The notes under the pieces: model-generated
Told to the model about the DNA's origin: nothing
Database searches by the model: none
What the model saw: the letters and a program-made list of their open reading frames with translations, nothing else
Program-made: the position numbers and the translations under genes
Shown here: in pieces, positions 1 to 11,199 of the stretch
Numbering within the stretch: position 1 is the first letter of the stretch
Layout: each line of letters starts with the position of its first letter
NCBI GenBank assembly: GCA_030390025.1
Contig: CM059432.1
Coordinates: 113,896,001 to 113,960,000 of the forward strand
Length of the DNA: 64,000 nucleotides
DNA from: Squalus acanthias
Lineage: Eukaryota
Direction: 5' to 3'

Positions 1-2045
1 TTACTCTTATACTCCAATCATTTTGTAGTAAAGGCTCACAAACCCATTTGCTTTCCTAATTGCTTGTTGTACGTGCATGTTAACTTTCAGTGATTCGTGT
101 ACAAGGACACCCAGGTCTCTCTGAATACCAACATTTCCCAATCTCTCAATATTTAAAAAATATTATGCTTTCCTATTTTTCCGACCAAAGTGCATAACTT
201 CACATTTCTCCATATTAGGGTTAAAATTACTTTCGCTAATCTCTCCTTTTTACATACCTATAGAAGCTTTTACAACCTGTTTTTATGTCTCTTGCTGGTT
301 TACTCTCATATTCTATTTTCTCTCTCTTTATCAATTTCTTCGTCCTCCTTTGTTGAATTCTAAAATCCTCCCAATCCTCAGGCTTACTATTCTTTTTGGC
401 AACATTATAAGCCTCTTTCTTTAATCTAATATTATCTTTAACTTCTCTTGTTAGCCACGGTTGGACCATTTTACGAGTGGGGTTTTTAATTCCTTAAGGG
501 AATGTACTTTCATTGTGAATTATGAATTATTTCTTTAAATGTTTGCCTTTGCTTATCTACCGTCATATCTTTTAATCTAGTTTCCCAATCTATCTTAGCC
601 AACTCGCCTCTCATACCTACGTAGTTTGCTTTGTTCAGATTTAAGACCCTAATTTCGGACTTAAATAAATCACTCTCAAACTCAATGGCCCAAAAATTAG
701 TGTTGCTACGCGAGAGTACGCACTGTGTACTCTCGCGTATTCTGTCTCCAATTGCCGGTTTTCTGCATGCACTGCGCATGCGCTGAAAACCGGCACTTGG
801 TGATTTCAAAAGGGGGCGGTTCCTAGGTGAACCGCGTGCGCGCTACAGGCTGCGTGCACGCAGTGCACTTAGTGCTTTGAACGCGCAGGTAAGTATGGAA
901 GATTTTGCACATAAAGAAAGGAGGCGTAAGACCCTCTTTTAACAAGGTAAGTAGTTAATTAAGTATTATTTTGAATTTTTTTCAACAGGTATATCTTTTT
1001 TAGAGACTTTAAAGAAAGGTAAGTTTATTTTTATAACTTTTTAAAAGATTTTAAATTTTTTCAAAAATTAAATTTTTTGTTTAAAATGGTTAATTTATTT
1101 AACTATACTTATTTTATTAATGTGATGGGTTTTTAAAAAAATTTAATTGAGGTTTAGCTGTTCTTTTGGGGGGGTATAGATTCATAGCTTTCACAGCACT
1201 TGTTGTGAAAGCTATGAATGAAAGATGGTGTGCTGCCATTGGCTCTAACTGAGTCACATGATCCCACAGCTCGCACGAATTAACTGCGCCTGTGGGATAC
1301 GGAAGCCCAGCACAGCAGCTGTCCAGAACATCAAGTTCGTGCGAGCTGGGAATGAAAAAGCCAGCGCGCAGTGAGAGATCACGGGGAAGCCTTACCCTCG
1401 CACGAAGGCTCCCTCACTAATTTTTGGGCCAATATAAAATTCCATCATATTATGATCACTGCACCCCAGAGGCCCCTTTACTACAAGGTTATTAATTAAC
1501 CCTGTCTTATTGCACAATACTGGATCTAAAATAGCCTGTTCCTAATTGGCTCCTCAACATACTGATCTAGAAAACTACCTTGAGTGCATTCCATGAACTC
1601 TTCCTCTGCACTATTACTGCAAATTTGGTTTGCCCAGTCTATATGAAAATTAAAGTCCCCCATGATTACTGTATTACCCTTGTTACATGCACCTCTAATT
1701 TCCTGATTTATACTCTGCCCTACATTACAACTACTGCCTGGGGGCCTATAAACAACTTCCATTAGTGTTTTATGCCCCTTGCTGTTTCTTAGCTCCACCC
1801 AAAGAGGTTCTGCATGTTGTTTTTCAGAGCTAAGATTCTTTCTCTCTACTGTCTTTATCCCATCCTTTATTATCAGGGCGACCCCCTTCTCTCTTTTTCC
1901 ATTCTGCCTGTCTCTTCTAAAAGTCAAGTATCCCGGAATATTTAGTTCCCAACCTTGGTCACTCAGCAACCACATCTCCGTAATGGCTATTAGATCAAAC
2001 CCATTTATTTCTATCTGTGCTATTAATTCATCTAGTTTGCTGCAA
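1..2045 (-). mobile_element. Degraded CR1-type LINE ORF2 (APE endonuclease, linker and part of RT), interrupted by a MITE
   Basis: ORF 1526..2080 has APE motifs (DLIAITEMWL, VVYRPP, MGDFN). ORF 236..469 matches the CR1 linker. The sequence is contiguous across the 687-1430 insertion. Confidence 0.9.
687..1430. mobile_element. Non-autonomous Harbinger/PIF-type MITE
   Basis: Perfect 16-bp TIR GGCCCAAAAATTAGTG (687-702; inverse at 1415-1430). 3-bp TSD AAT on both sides. Sits inside CR1. Confidence 0.9.
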
Positions 2046-2129
2046 ACATAAATGGTAGAAATATGAGGATTTTTATTCAAATTTTATGTCATAGACAATT
2101 TGTTCATTGTATCCGCAAACACATACCCC

Positions 2130-2860
2130 ATGCCATAATGTAAGGCTATAACACAACCGTGTACATTAACAGTCTTAACTTGACCACCATATGACCAATC
2201 TCCTTCTCCTTTACAGCTGTTCCAATACTTAATCGGCCAGGCTGGAAGTAGCACAAAGAGTATTCTGACTGTGGTTTTGATCTGCTGGATCAAGTTGTTG
2301 TTGTTGTTGTTGTTGGATCTTCCATTGCGGAGATGTTCTGTTGTGGACATCTAGTGGCTTAGTTCTGTTCTCCTGAGATTGCTTCCCTACTGGGGAAATC
2401 AAAGTGGGCAAAAAAAGCTGAGTATTTTGTCTTCCTGGGCATCACACTTCCCACAAACAGGCAGTCTGTTGTTCCAACATGGGAGGAACTGTTTTCTGGG
2501 GATGCTTTACTGATAATTAGGAGGTCACATATGCAGCTTTCTGATCTCCAAAGTGTCACTTCCACCTTGAGATGACATGGCATGGAGCTGCTATATCCCT
2601 TCAACTCCAGGACAGTCTTTTGTGTGGGGCTTGGAGGAAGGATAGAAATTCTGGCCTTCTGGAACTTTTCCTAAGCTCCTTATTTTTTCTCCTGTCAAGA
2701 GAGATAAGGAAATACCCAATATGCCAGATGTAACTTCTTGTGGCTGTGTGCGAGAGGCAGCATGGCCTCAAGGCCTTAGGGTGGCAGCTATGTTGAAGAT
2801 CGTCCCCTTGTTTTGGGCATCTTTCCACTGTTACGCGAAATGCCCATGGTTGCCTTAACT
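2130..2860 (+). pseudogene. Endogenous paramyxovirus-like matrix (M) gene relic
   Basis: Manual translation: LDLPLRR once the 28-bp insert is removed (cf. LDIVVRR); LLPYW (cf. LLTPW); FVFLGITLPTNRQSVVPTWEELFSGDAL at 2426-2510 (cf. VIFLSITKL..IP..LEFRS.NA); VFCVGLGG (cf. VFALGGIGG); YPI. Many stops and frameshifts. Reference motifs from memory. Confidence 0.65.
2292..2319 (+). repeat. (TTG)n micro-insertion resembling the 3' tail of an L2 LINE
   Basis: AAG(TTG)n flanked by duplicated TGGATC. Same tail as the L2 at about 30955-30970. Confidence 0.55.
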
Positions 2861-3039
2861 TGCACAATGCGGGGTGGCATGATAGTTGGAGCAGCAGCAA
2901 CTCTGGAGAATGGAGCAGCGAGTGAGCCACTGATCCTGATTTGACTCTGCCCCCAGATGCCCAGTACAGTAGCAGTGATTGGCACAATTTACAGAGAGCT
3001 CTGAATGACATCTGATTATGTGCTATACTTGACCTTTGA

Positions 3040-3190
3040 GAGCATATTGCAGGAACAGAGAGCTTGTTGCTTCTGCTTTAATTGACAAACCTATGAAAAA
3101 AGCAGGAACTCAGTCCTGAACTTTGTGTGTGGGATTTTACCAAAACAAAAACAATTCAGATTCAAAATATTGAGTATTATATTCATAAGT
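3040..3190 (+). pseudogene. Paramyxovirus-like fusion (F) gene relic, N-terminal piece
   Basis: Hydrophobic SLLLLL*L, then LNFVCGILPKQKQFRFKILS (cf. F2 LSKIG+V.....YK+). Lies directly after the M-like relic. Confidence 0.4.
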
Positions 3191-3191
3191 G

Positions 3192-3490
3192 CCAACTTGG
3201 CTTAGTGTAGTATTCTTGCCTCTGAGTCAGTAGGTGGTGGGTTCAAGCTCCACAGCAGGACTTGGGCACATAATCTAGGCTTACAGTTCAGTGCACTACT
3301 GAGGGATGCTGCATTGTTGGAGGGGCAGCCTTTTGGTCTAAGGTCCTGTCTGCTTATTCAAGTAGGTGTAAAAGATCCCACAGAACTATTTGAAGAAGAG
3401 TAGTATGTTCTCCTGGTATGTTGGCCAGCATTTATTATTTCACCAAAATCATCAAACAGGTCATTTATCTCATTGTTTGCGGGACCATGT
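3192..3490 (+). mobile_element. Deu-domain tRNA-derived SINE, 5' part (3' tail at about 6580-6690)
   Basis: tRNA-like head (GGTTCAAG B-box) and body matching the full copy at 59473-59942. Confidence 0.8.
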
Positions 3491-6400
3491 CCATAGAATC
3501 ATAGAAACTTACAGCACAGAAGGAGGCCATTTGGCCCATCGTGCCTGTGCTGTCTCTTTGAAAGAGCAGTCATGCTTAGTCCCACATCCCCGTTTTTTGC
3601 CCATCCTCAAGAACCTGTCCAACTCCCTTTTAAAATTATTTATGGAATCAGCTTCCACCACCTTTTCAGGTAGAGCGTTCCAGATCCCGACAACTCTCTG
3701 AGTGAAAACATTTCTCCTCATTTCCCCCCCAGATCTTTTGCCAATGATTTTGAATCTAATACCTCTGGTTATTGACCTACTCACCAGAGGGAATAGTTTT
3801 TCTCTATCTACTCTGTCAAAACCTCTCACCATCTTGAAAACCTCTGTGAGGTCACCTCTTAACTTTCTCTGTTCCAAGGAGAACAGTCCTAACTTTTCCA
3901 ACCTCTCCTCATCACTGAAGCCCCTCATCCCTGGTAACATCCTGGTAAACCTCCGCTGTACCCTTCCTAAGGCCTTTACATCTTTCCTGAAGTGTGGTGC
4001 CCAGAATTGTCCGCAATACTTCAGCTGAGGCCTAACCAAAGATTTATAAAGTTCTAGCATGATCTCTTTGCTTTTATATTCTATTCCTCTATTTATAAAC
4101 CCAAATAACCCATATGCTTTTTAACCACCTTATCAACTTGCCCTGCCACCTTTAAGGATTTGTGTATTTGGGCACCAAGGTCTCTCTGCTCATCTACACT
4201 TTTCAAAATCGCACCATTTATAGTATACTGTCTTTCCATAATAGTCCTCCCAAAGTGCATCACTTCACACTTCTCTGCACTGAACTCCATCTGCCATTAA
4301 ACAACAAATGGGAGGAGGAGGCACCATGAATATCCCCACCCTCAATGATGGTGGAGCCCAGCCCGTGAGTGCAAAAGACAAGGCTGAAGCGTTTGCAACT
4401 ATCTTCAGCCAGAAGTGCCGAGTGGATGATCCATATCGGCCTCCTCCTGAGGTCCCCACCATCACAGAAGCCAGTCTTCAGCCAATTCACTCCACGTGAT
4501 ATCAAGAAACGACTGAGCACACTGGATACAGCAAAGGCTAAGGGACCCGACAACATTCCGACTGTCGTGCTGAAGACTTGTGTTCCGGAACTAGCTGTGC
4601 CTCTAGCCAAGCTGTTCCAGTACAGCTACAACACTATCATCTATCCGACAATGTGGAAAACTGCCCAGGTATGTCCTGTCCACAAAAAGCAGGACAAATC
4701 CAACCCGGCCAATTACCGCGCCATCAGTCTACTCTCAATCATCAGCAAAGTGATGGAAGGTGTCGTCGACAGTGCTATCAAGCGGCACTTACTCACCAAT
4801 AACCTGCTCACTGATGCCGAGTTTGGGTTCCGCCAGGACCACTTGGCTCCAGATCTCATTGCAGCCTTGGTCCAAACATGGACAAAGGAGCTAAATCCCA
4901 GAGGTGAGGTGACAGTGACTGCCCTTGACATCAAGGCAGCATTTGACCGAGTGTGGCATCAAGGAGCCCTAGTAAAACTGTAGTCAATGGAAATCGGGGG
5001 GAAAACTCTCCACTGGCTGGATTCATACCTTGCACAAAGAAGATGGTTGTGGTGGTTGGTGGTCAGTCAGCAACAGCTCTAGGACATCACTGCAGGAGTT
5101 CCTCAGGGCAGTGTCCTAGGCCCAACCATCTTCAGCTGCTTCATCAATGACCTTCCCTCCATCATAAGGTCAAAAATGGGGGATGTTCGCTAATGACTGC
5201 ACAGTGCTCAGTGCCATTCGCAACTCCTCAGATAATGAAGCAGTCCATGCCCGTATGCAACAAGACCTGGACGACGTTCAGGCTTAGGCTGATAAGTGAC
5301 AGGTAACATTCGCGCCACACAAGTGCCAGGCAATGACTATCTCCAACAAGCGAGAGTCTAACCACTGCCCCTTGACATTCAACAGTATTACCATCGCCGA
5401 ATCCCCCACCATCAACATCCTGGGGGTCACCATTGACCAAAAACTTAGCTGGATCAGCCACATAAATACTGTGCCAACAAGAGCAGGTCAGAGGCTGGGT
5501 ATTCTGCAGCGAGTGTCTCACCTCCTGACTCCCCAAAGTCTTTCCACCATCTACAAGGTACACGTAAGGAGTGTGATGGAATACTCTCCACTTGCCTGGA
5601 TGAGTGCAGCTCCAACAACACTCAAGAAGCTCGACACCATCCAGGACAAAGCAGCCTGCTTGATTGGCACCCCATCCACCACCTTAAACATTCACTCCCT
5701 CCACCACCGGCGCACCGTGGCTGCAGTGTGTACCGTCTACAAGATGTACTGCAGCAACTCGCCAAGGCTCCTTCGGTAGCACCTCCCAAACCCACAACCT
5801 CTACCACATAGAAGGACAAGGGCAGCAGGCGCATGGGAACACCACCATCTCCAAGTTCCCCTCCAAGTCACACACCATCCTTACTTGGAAGTATATCGTC
5901 ATTCCTTCATCGTCACTGGGTCAAAATCCTGGAACTCTCTCCCTAACAGCACTGTGGGAGTACCTTCACCGCACGGACTGCAGCGGTTCAAGAAGGCGGT
6001 TCACCACCACCTTCTCAAGGGCAATTAGCAATGGGCAATAAATGCTGGCCTTGCCAGCGACGCCCAGATCCCATGAATGATTTAAAAAAAAATGCTTTTG
6101 CCCATTTCACCATCCTGTCTATGTCATCCTGAAGCCTATGACTATCCTCATCATGATCTACTACTTTGCCAAGTTTTGTATCATCTGCAAACTTTATAAT
6201 GCTGCTCCCTACACCCGAGTCCAGGTTATTTATAAAAATTGAAGAGTAATGGACCCAAAACTGACCCTTGGGGAACACCACTGCAAACCACCTCCCAGTC
6301 TGAAAAACATCCATCCACCAACACCCTTTGCTTCCTGTCACTGAGCCAATTCCCTATCCATTCCGTCACTTTCCCCTTAATTCACTGAGCTTCCATCTTC

Positions 6401-6580
6401 TTAACAAGCCTCCTGTGTGGCACTTTGTTGAATGCCTTCCGAAAGTCCATATACACATCTACTGCACTACCTTAATCAACCTTCCCTGTCACCTCATCAA
6501 AGAATTCAATCAAGTTAGTCAGACATGATTTGCCTTTAATAAATCCATGCTGGCGCTCCTTGATTAATCCATGCCTTTCC
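3491..6580 (-). mobile_element. CR1 LINE 3' part (RT and tail), inserted in the SINE and itself interrupted
   Basis: ORFs 3509..4060, 4093..4290 and 6015..6341 (KFADD). Tail repeat (ATTCTATG on - strand) at about 3491-3505. Confidence 0.9.
4298..6092 (+). mobile_element. 5'-truncated CR1/L2-group LINE of a second family, with poly(A) tail
   Basis: RT ORFs 4369..4983 (NYRAISLL, LDIKAAFDRVWH) and 5333..5779. A-tail at about 6083-6092. Flanking CR1 is contiguous across it. Confidence 0.9.
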
Positions 6581-6690
6581 AAATGTTGCTGTTTGCCTAT
6601 ATAACAGTGACTACACTTCAAAAGTCTCTGAAGCACTTTGGAACATCCTGAGGACGTAAAGTTGCTATATGAATGCAAGTTCTTTCTATA
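6580..6690 (+). mobile_element. 3' tail of the Deu-SINE that starts at 3192
   Basis: ACAGTGACTACACTTCAAAAG...TATATGAATGCAAGTTCTTTCT matches the SINE 3' end of the 59473 copy. Confidence 0.75.
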
Positions 6691-7345
6691 CTTTAGGTAG
6701 ATGTAACTTTAAATCAATACATATCACAATTTATTGGACTAAACCCAAGGCCTGCTCCTTTTCCAAGTCTCTGATCGTGTTTCACTTCTCATATATGTAA
6801 AACTATTCACATCATCTAATTCTAAGTTCTCCAATTGTGTTGTTGTCTCAACAGCAGTTTGTTTCCTCATATATTAGTTCTTCCACAAACTCACTCAAGG
6901 TGCAGAGATCATCTGCATAGTGTTTGTGCAGTGATCCATGATGAACTATCTGTATTTATATTAGTACTTTTTCACGTAATTCTAGTCAGTAGCAAGTGTG
7001 AATAAGAACATTTCCTAAATACTATATTATACCTTTGAAAATATAACAAATATAACAGTGTAATGTTGAATACATTTATTGATTATAAAATCATTCTGTA
7101 CAATGCCAAACCTATTGGGTTTGCAAACCTTTACCAGAAGGAGTATCCACTCAGTCTTTGGTTGTAACTCCAGCATATTCTAAAATGTTCCATTTGACTG
7201 AAAGACCTCTATTGTTCTACATTATTGGAATTAATGTTCACTGTTGATTTCTAAACTGACCTATTAATGATTGCCTGAGAATGTATCTTTTATTTCCCTA
7301 TTCAACTCATACACTGAAACTTTGTGAATAATGTAATATCACAGC
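6690..7345 (+). pseudogene. Paramyxovirus-like F gene relic, middle piece (fusion-peptide region and downstream F1)
   Basis: KFSNCVVVSTAVC...KLTQG at 6824-6901 (fusion-peptide-like); LGLQTFTRRSIHSVFG at about 7115-7162 (cf. LGLKLLRYYTEILSLFG); YFPI at about 7291-7302 (cf. VYFPIL). Confidence 0.65.
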
Positions 7346-7347
7346 AT

Positions 7348-7470
7348 CATAGAATCATAAAGCACACAAGGAGGCCATTCAGCCCATCATGTCTGTGCTG
7401 GCTCTTTGAAAGAGCTATCCAATTAGACCCAGTCCCCTGCTCTTTCCACATAGTCCTGCAAAGTTTTCCA
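7348..7470 (-). mobile_element. CR1 3' tail fragment
   Basis: CATAGAATCATA...GGAGGCCATTCAGCCCATC, same as the other CR1 tails here. Confidence 0.75.
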
Positions 7471-9043
7471 TTTCAATTGTCTGCAATTTATATTTCCCAA
7501 ACAATTGTTATTTTTCTTAAATTGAAATTTTTGCCTTACTAACACATCTGGAGGTGCTCAAATAGTTGTCTGAAAATAGTTTGCAAAATGTTGCATTAGT
7601 GAAGCTGCATGAAATTTTGCATTCAATTGAATGTACACATAATGGGATGAATATATATTATTTGACCTGGACTTGGGTATAAAGGGCATAATTTCCAAGT
7701 TTTCAGATGACACGAAACTCGGAAATGTAGTAAACAGTGAGGAGGATAGTAACAGACTTCAGGAGCACATAGACAGACTGGTGAAATGGGCAGACACATG
7801 GCAGATGAAATTTAATGCAGAGAAGTGTGAAGTGATGCATTTTGGAAGGAAGAATGAGGAGAGGCAATATAAACTAAATGGTACAATTTTAAAGTAAGTG
7901 AAAGAACAGAGAGACCTGAGGGTGTACGTACACAAATCTTTGAAGGTGGCAGGACAAGTTGTTAAGGCTGTTAAAAATACATACGGGATCTTAAATAGAG
8001 ACATAGGCCGCAATTTTGCCGGTGCTCAGAGGGCGGGTTTGGAGGCGGGTCAGAGGTTAAAGTCATTTTGATTGATGACGGGTTCCGCACCCGCCGTCAA
8101 CCCGCCTCCACACAACCTTCCCAAGTGTCGGGTCCCCAATTTGTGAATGGACCCCACACCTAGCGGTGGGAAATGGATTAAAGGCAGTTAACAGCCTATT
8201 AACAGGTACTTGAGAGCAGTTTTCAAGCTCTTTTTCGATTTTCCAGCTTCTGGGTTGGGTTTCACAACGTCTGGACAACACGCCAGGTAAGTGTGGCGTG
8301 TTGTGAGTCTGGTCTGATGTTTGTGAAAAGATGACAGCTGCAGAAGTGGTGTGAGGGATGCAATGTTGCACATGGTGAGTTTCAGAGCAAAGCAAATGTT
8401 GGTTACTACATTTTTAATACATATACAGATTTCTTTAGCTTACAAGTTTTTAAATCTAACTGTATGTCCAGTGCCACCTCATTGGGAGAACCTCTCTCAC
8501 CAGTGACAGATCGCTTCTGTCATCTCACCTGCAGCTGCCATCTATTCTAGCAACATCGGAGCCAATGAAACAATCAGACCTTGGTCCTCCCAATCCTTCC
8601 ACAATCAGCTCCCAACACCAACATCACCAAGCACAACAACAACATCACCAACCTTTGCCACCATCACCTGATGCTGCACTGGACACAGGGCATCAGCCCC
8701 TGACAAAATTGCTGGCCAGCAGGCCAGCGATGGCATCACCATGGCCAGACTTTCTTCACTTGATGCTGTAAACCTTGGCTGCCACATGATGCACCAGGTT
8801 GACACCATCCCACACCAGCACCATGAAGCATCCCTTTAATGTCCAAGCCATTCCATGCACACACATCACTATAGCGGGGCGGGGTGGGGGGGTGGGGGGG
8901 AGCGGGGCGGGGGGGTGGGGAGCAGGGCGGAGTTATGACTGAACAATCACTGGAACTCAGTAAGGCACTTCTTAATGTGCACTCAGATTTGTCCAATAAG
9001 GGGCACTTTTTGAAAAAGAGATTTCACTGTATGACAACACATT

Positions 9044-9277
9044 TGAGAGGTCGCACAACACCAGGTTATAGTCCAACAGTTTTATTTGAAATCACAAGCT
9101 TTCGGAGCTATCGATTTGCTCCTTCCTCAGGTGAAGTAAACTTCACTTCACCTGAGGAAGGAGCAAATCGATAGCTCCGAAAGCTTGTGATTTCAAATAA
9201 AACTGTTGGACTATAACCTGGTGTTGTGCGACCTCTCAATTTTGTCCACCCCAGTCCAACACCGGCATCTCCGCATC
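9044..9277. mobile_element. Penelope-like retroelement terminal fragment in inverted configuration
   Basis: Perfect 95-bp inverted repeat (9043-9137 / 9145-9239). 13-bp TSD ATGACAACACATT (9031-9043, 9278-9290). Contains a hammerhead core. Confidence 0.8.
9148..9190 (+). ncRNA. Minimal type I hammerhead ribozyme (mirror copy on - strand at 9092-9134)
   Basis: Stem I TCAC/GTGA, core CTGAGGA, stem II GGAGC/GCTCC, GAAA, palindromic AAGCTT in place of stem III. Confidence 0.8.
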
Positions 9278-10469
9278 ATGACAACACATTACCATGGACA
9301 TTGGCTAAACCTCTCAAGTGCCCACCCTTGTGTGTTGTTAGTTGGTATGCTTGCAGTAGAATGAGGGTGAGCGTGAGGGGTGGCTAGTGAGATGGGGAAG
9401 TGATAAAGTAGATAGAGAGGATTGGGTGAAGGTGCAAGGTAAGTTGGTGTCCTGGGGAGGTCTCTTTCGCCCTTGGAAGGGAATAGAAACTGCATGCTGT
9501 GACTCCCTCCATAAGCATATGGAGGGAGTCATTGGAGAGCCTGAGTGCAAGAGTTCACATTTGTGCAGTGATTGTCAATGTTTTCAGCACCTCAATGCTG
9601 TCAAATACTGAAAAATCAACTGTCAAAATAAAATTGTGCATGGTCCCTTTAAGGAAACCAGCAGATGATGCATCATCAAATTACGTCATCAGACCCGCTT
9701 CCTGTTAATTGGCAGGTAAGCCCGCAGGGCGGGCTTAACAAGGCCAATCAAGGGAAAATCACGTCTGCAGAGCGGAGGAAGCTGGGGGCGGGACTGGAAC
9801 CCGGAAACCAGCTGACCCGCACCCATCCCGACACCGATGAGAAAATCGCGGCCATAGTGTATAAAAGCAAGGAAGTCATGCCTAACATTTATTAAACACT
9901 GGTTAGGCCTCAGCTGGAGAATTGTGTCCAATTCTAGGCACCACACTTTAGGAAGGATGTCAAGGCCTAGGAGAGGGTGCAGAGGAGATTTACTAGAATG
10001 ATACCAGGGATGAGGGACTTCAGTTATCTGGAGAGATTAGAGAATCTGAGATTGTTCTCTTTAGAGGAAAGAAGGTTAAGGGGAGATTTAATTGAGGTGT
10101 TCAAAATGTTGATGTGTTTTGGTACAGTACATGGCGAGAAACTGTTTCCACTGGCAGGAGGGTCAGTAACCAGAGGACACAGATTTAAGGTAATTGGCAA
10201 AAGAACTAGCAGGAAATTGAGGAGAAAATTCTTTACACAGTGAGTTGTTATAAATTGGAATGCATTGCAGATGCACCCTGAAAGGGTGGTGGAAGCAGAT
10301 TCAATAGTAACTTTCAAAAGGGAATTGGATAAATACTTGAAGTGGAAAACTTTGCAGGGCTATGGGGAAAAAGCAAGGGACTGGGTCTAATTGGATAGTT
10401 CTTTCAAAGAGCCGGCACAGGCACGATGGGCTGAATGGCCTCCTTCCGTGCTTTATGATTCTATGATGC

Positions 10470-11000
10470 TGTGATATTGTGTGGGAACAGGAACATTCTT
10501 TATGAAGTCAATGTATTTCCCCAGTTCATTAGAAATGTATCTTTTAATTGTGTATTACTGAGTTCTAATTCCAATTTTAACTAATTGTTTGTGTGCATGT
10601 TTCTTTTAAAGAAAGAGTTTTGCAAGTCTTTTTCCAAGTCATGGGGATGGGAAAGAAGAACAATGGAGCCTTCCCATTCTGCTCAATCATGTCTCCCGAC
10701 AGGTCCACCAAGGAGCAGCATTTACATCCATGCACTGTGCCATTTGGCTCTTCCAAGTGAGGAGAACAGCATAGATAAAGGGGATTCATTTAACGAGCGC
10801 AATGACAAGAAAATGGACTTAACATTATGCAAGAGTTAGTTTTTCAAAATCATGATTCTACAGTTTCTTGATTGCTCACACAAAATGTTGTATTGGTTTT
10901 ACTGAGCTGGGACTGGTAATTGTACTGGGCTTTAACATTATTATACTTTTGACAGCAATAATGATCTAATATTTAGTGCAGCAAGTGTACTTGTCACTGA
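10470..11000 (+). pseudogene. Paramyxovirus-like F gene relic, C-terminal piece (Cys-rich region and TM anchor)
   Basis: VFPQFI...SNFN*LFVCMFLLKKEFC at about 10570-10623 (cf. SNFDESSCTFMPEGTVC, same C-x8-C spacing); PSHSAQSCL.G/STK (cf. PMSPLLQECLRGSTK); hydrophobic LGLVIVLGFNIIILLTAIMI at about 10907-10966. Confidence 0.7.
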
Positions 11001-11199
11001 GGGACCATAAAATACACAAATTACAGCTACCAGGAGGTAAATGAGAAAGGCAACTCATCATATCTGTGTGATTTTTTAAATTTGACATTTTTATATGAAA
11101 TTAAATTCAACCCTGCAAAAATGCATTTCAAAAGTACAGTCGGCATGAAGGGATTATTACTAGTCCTAGCCCCTTTAGGGCTACCCCGGATCAGGCGTA

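Larger units (their letters stand above)
8006..9853. mobile_element. Non-autonomous Harbinger deletion derivative
   Basis: TIR GGCCGC(A/G)ATTTT and TSD ATA/ATA. Retains remnants of the transposase 5' end (+) and Myb exon 1 (-). Related to 17961-21745 and 31317-33061. Confidence 0.85.
7665..10466 (+). mobile_element. 5'-truncated CR1 LINE interrupted by a Harbinger derivative
   Basis: ORFs 7673..7897 (KFSDD) and 9977..10243. Tail GATTCTATGAT at about 10457-10467. Confidence 0.9.
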
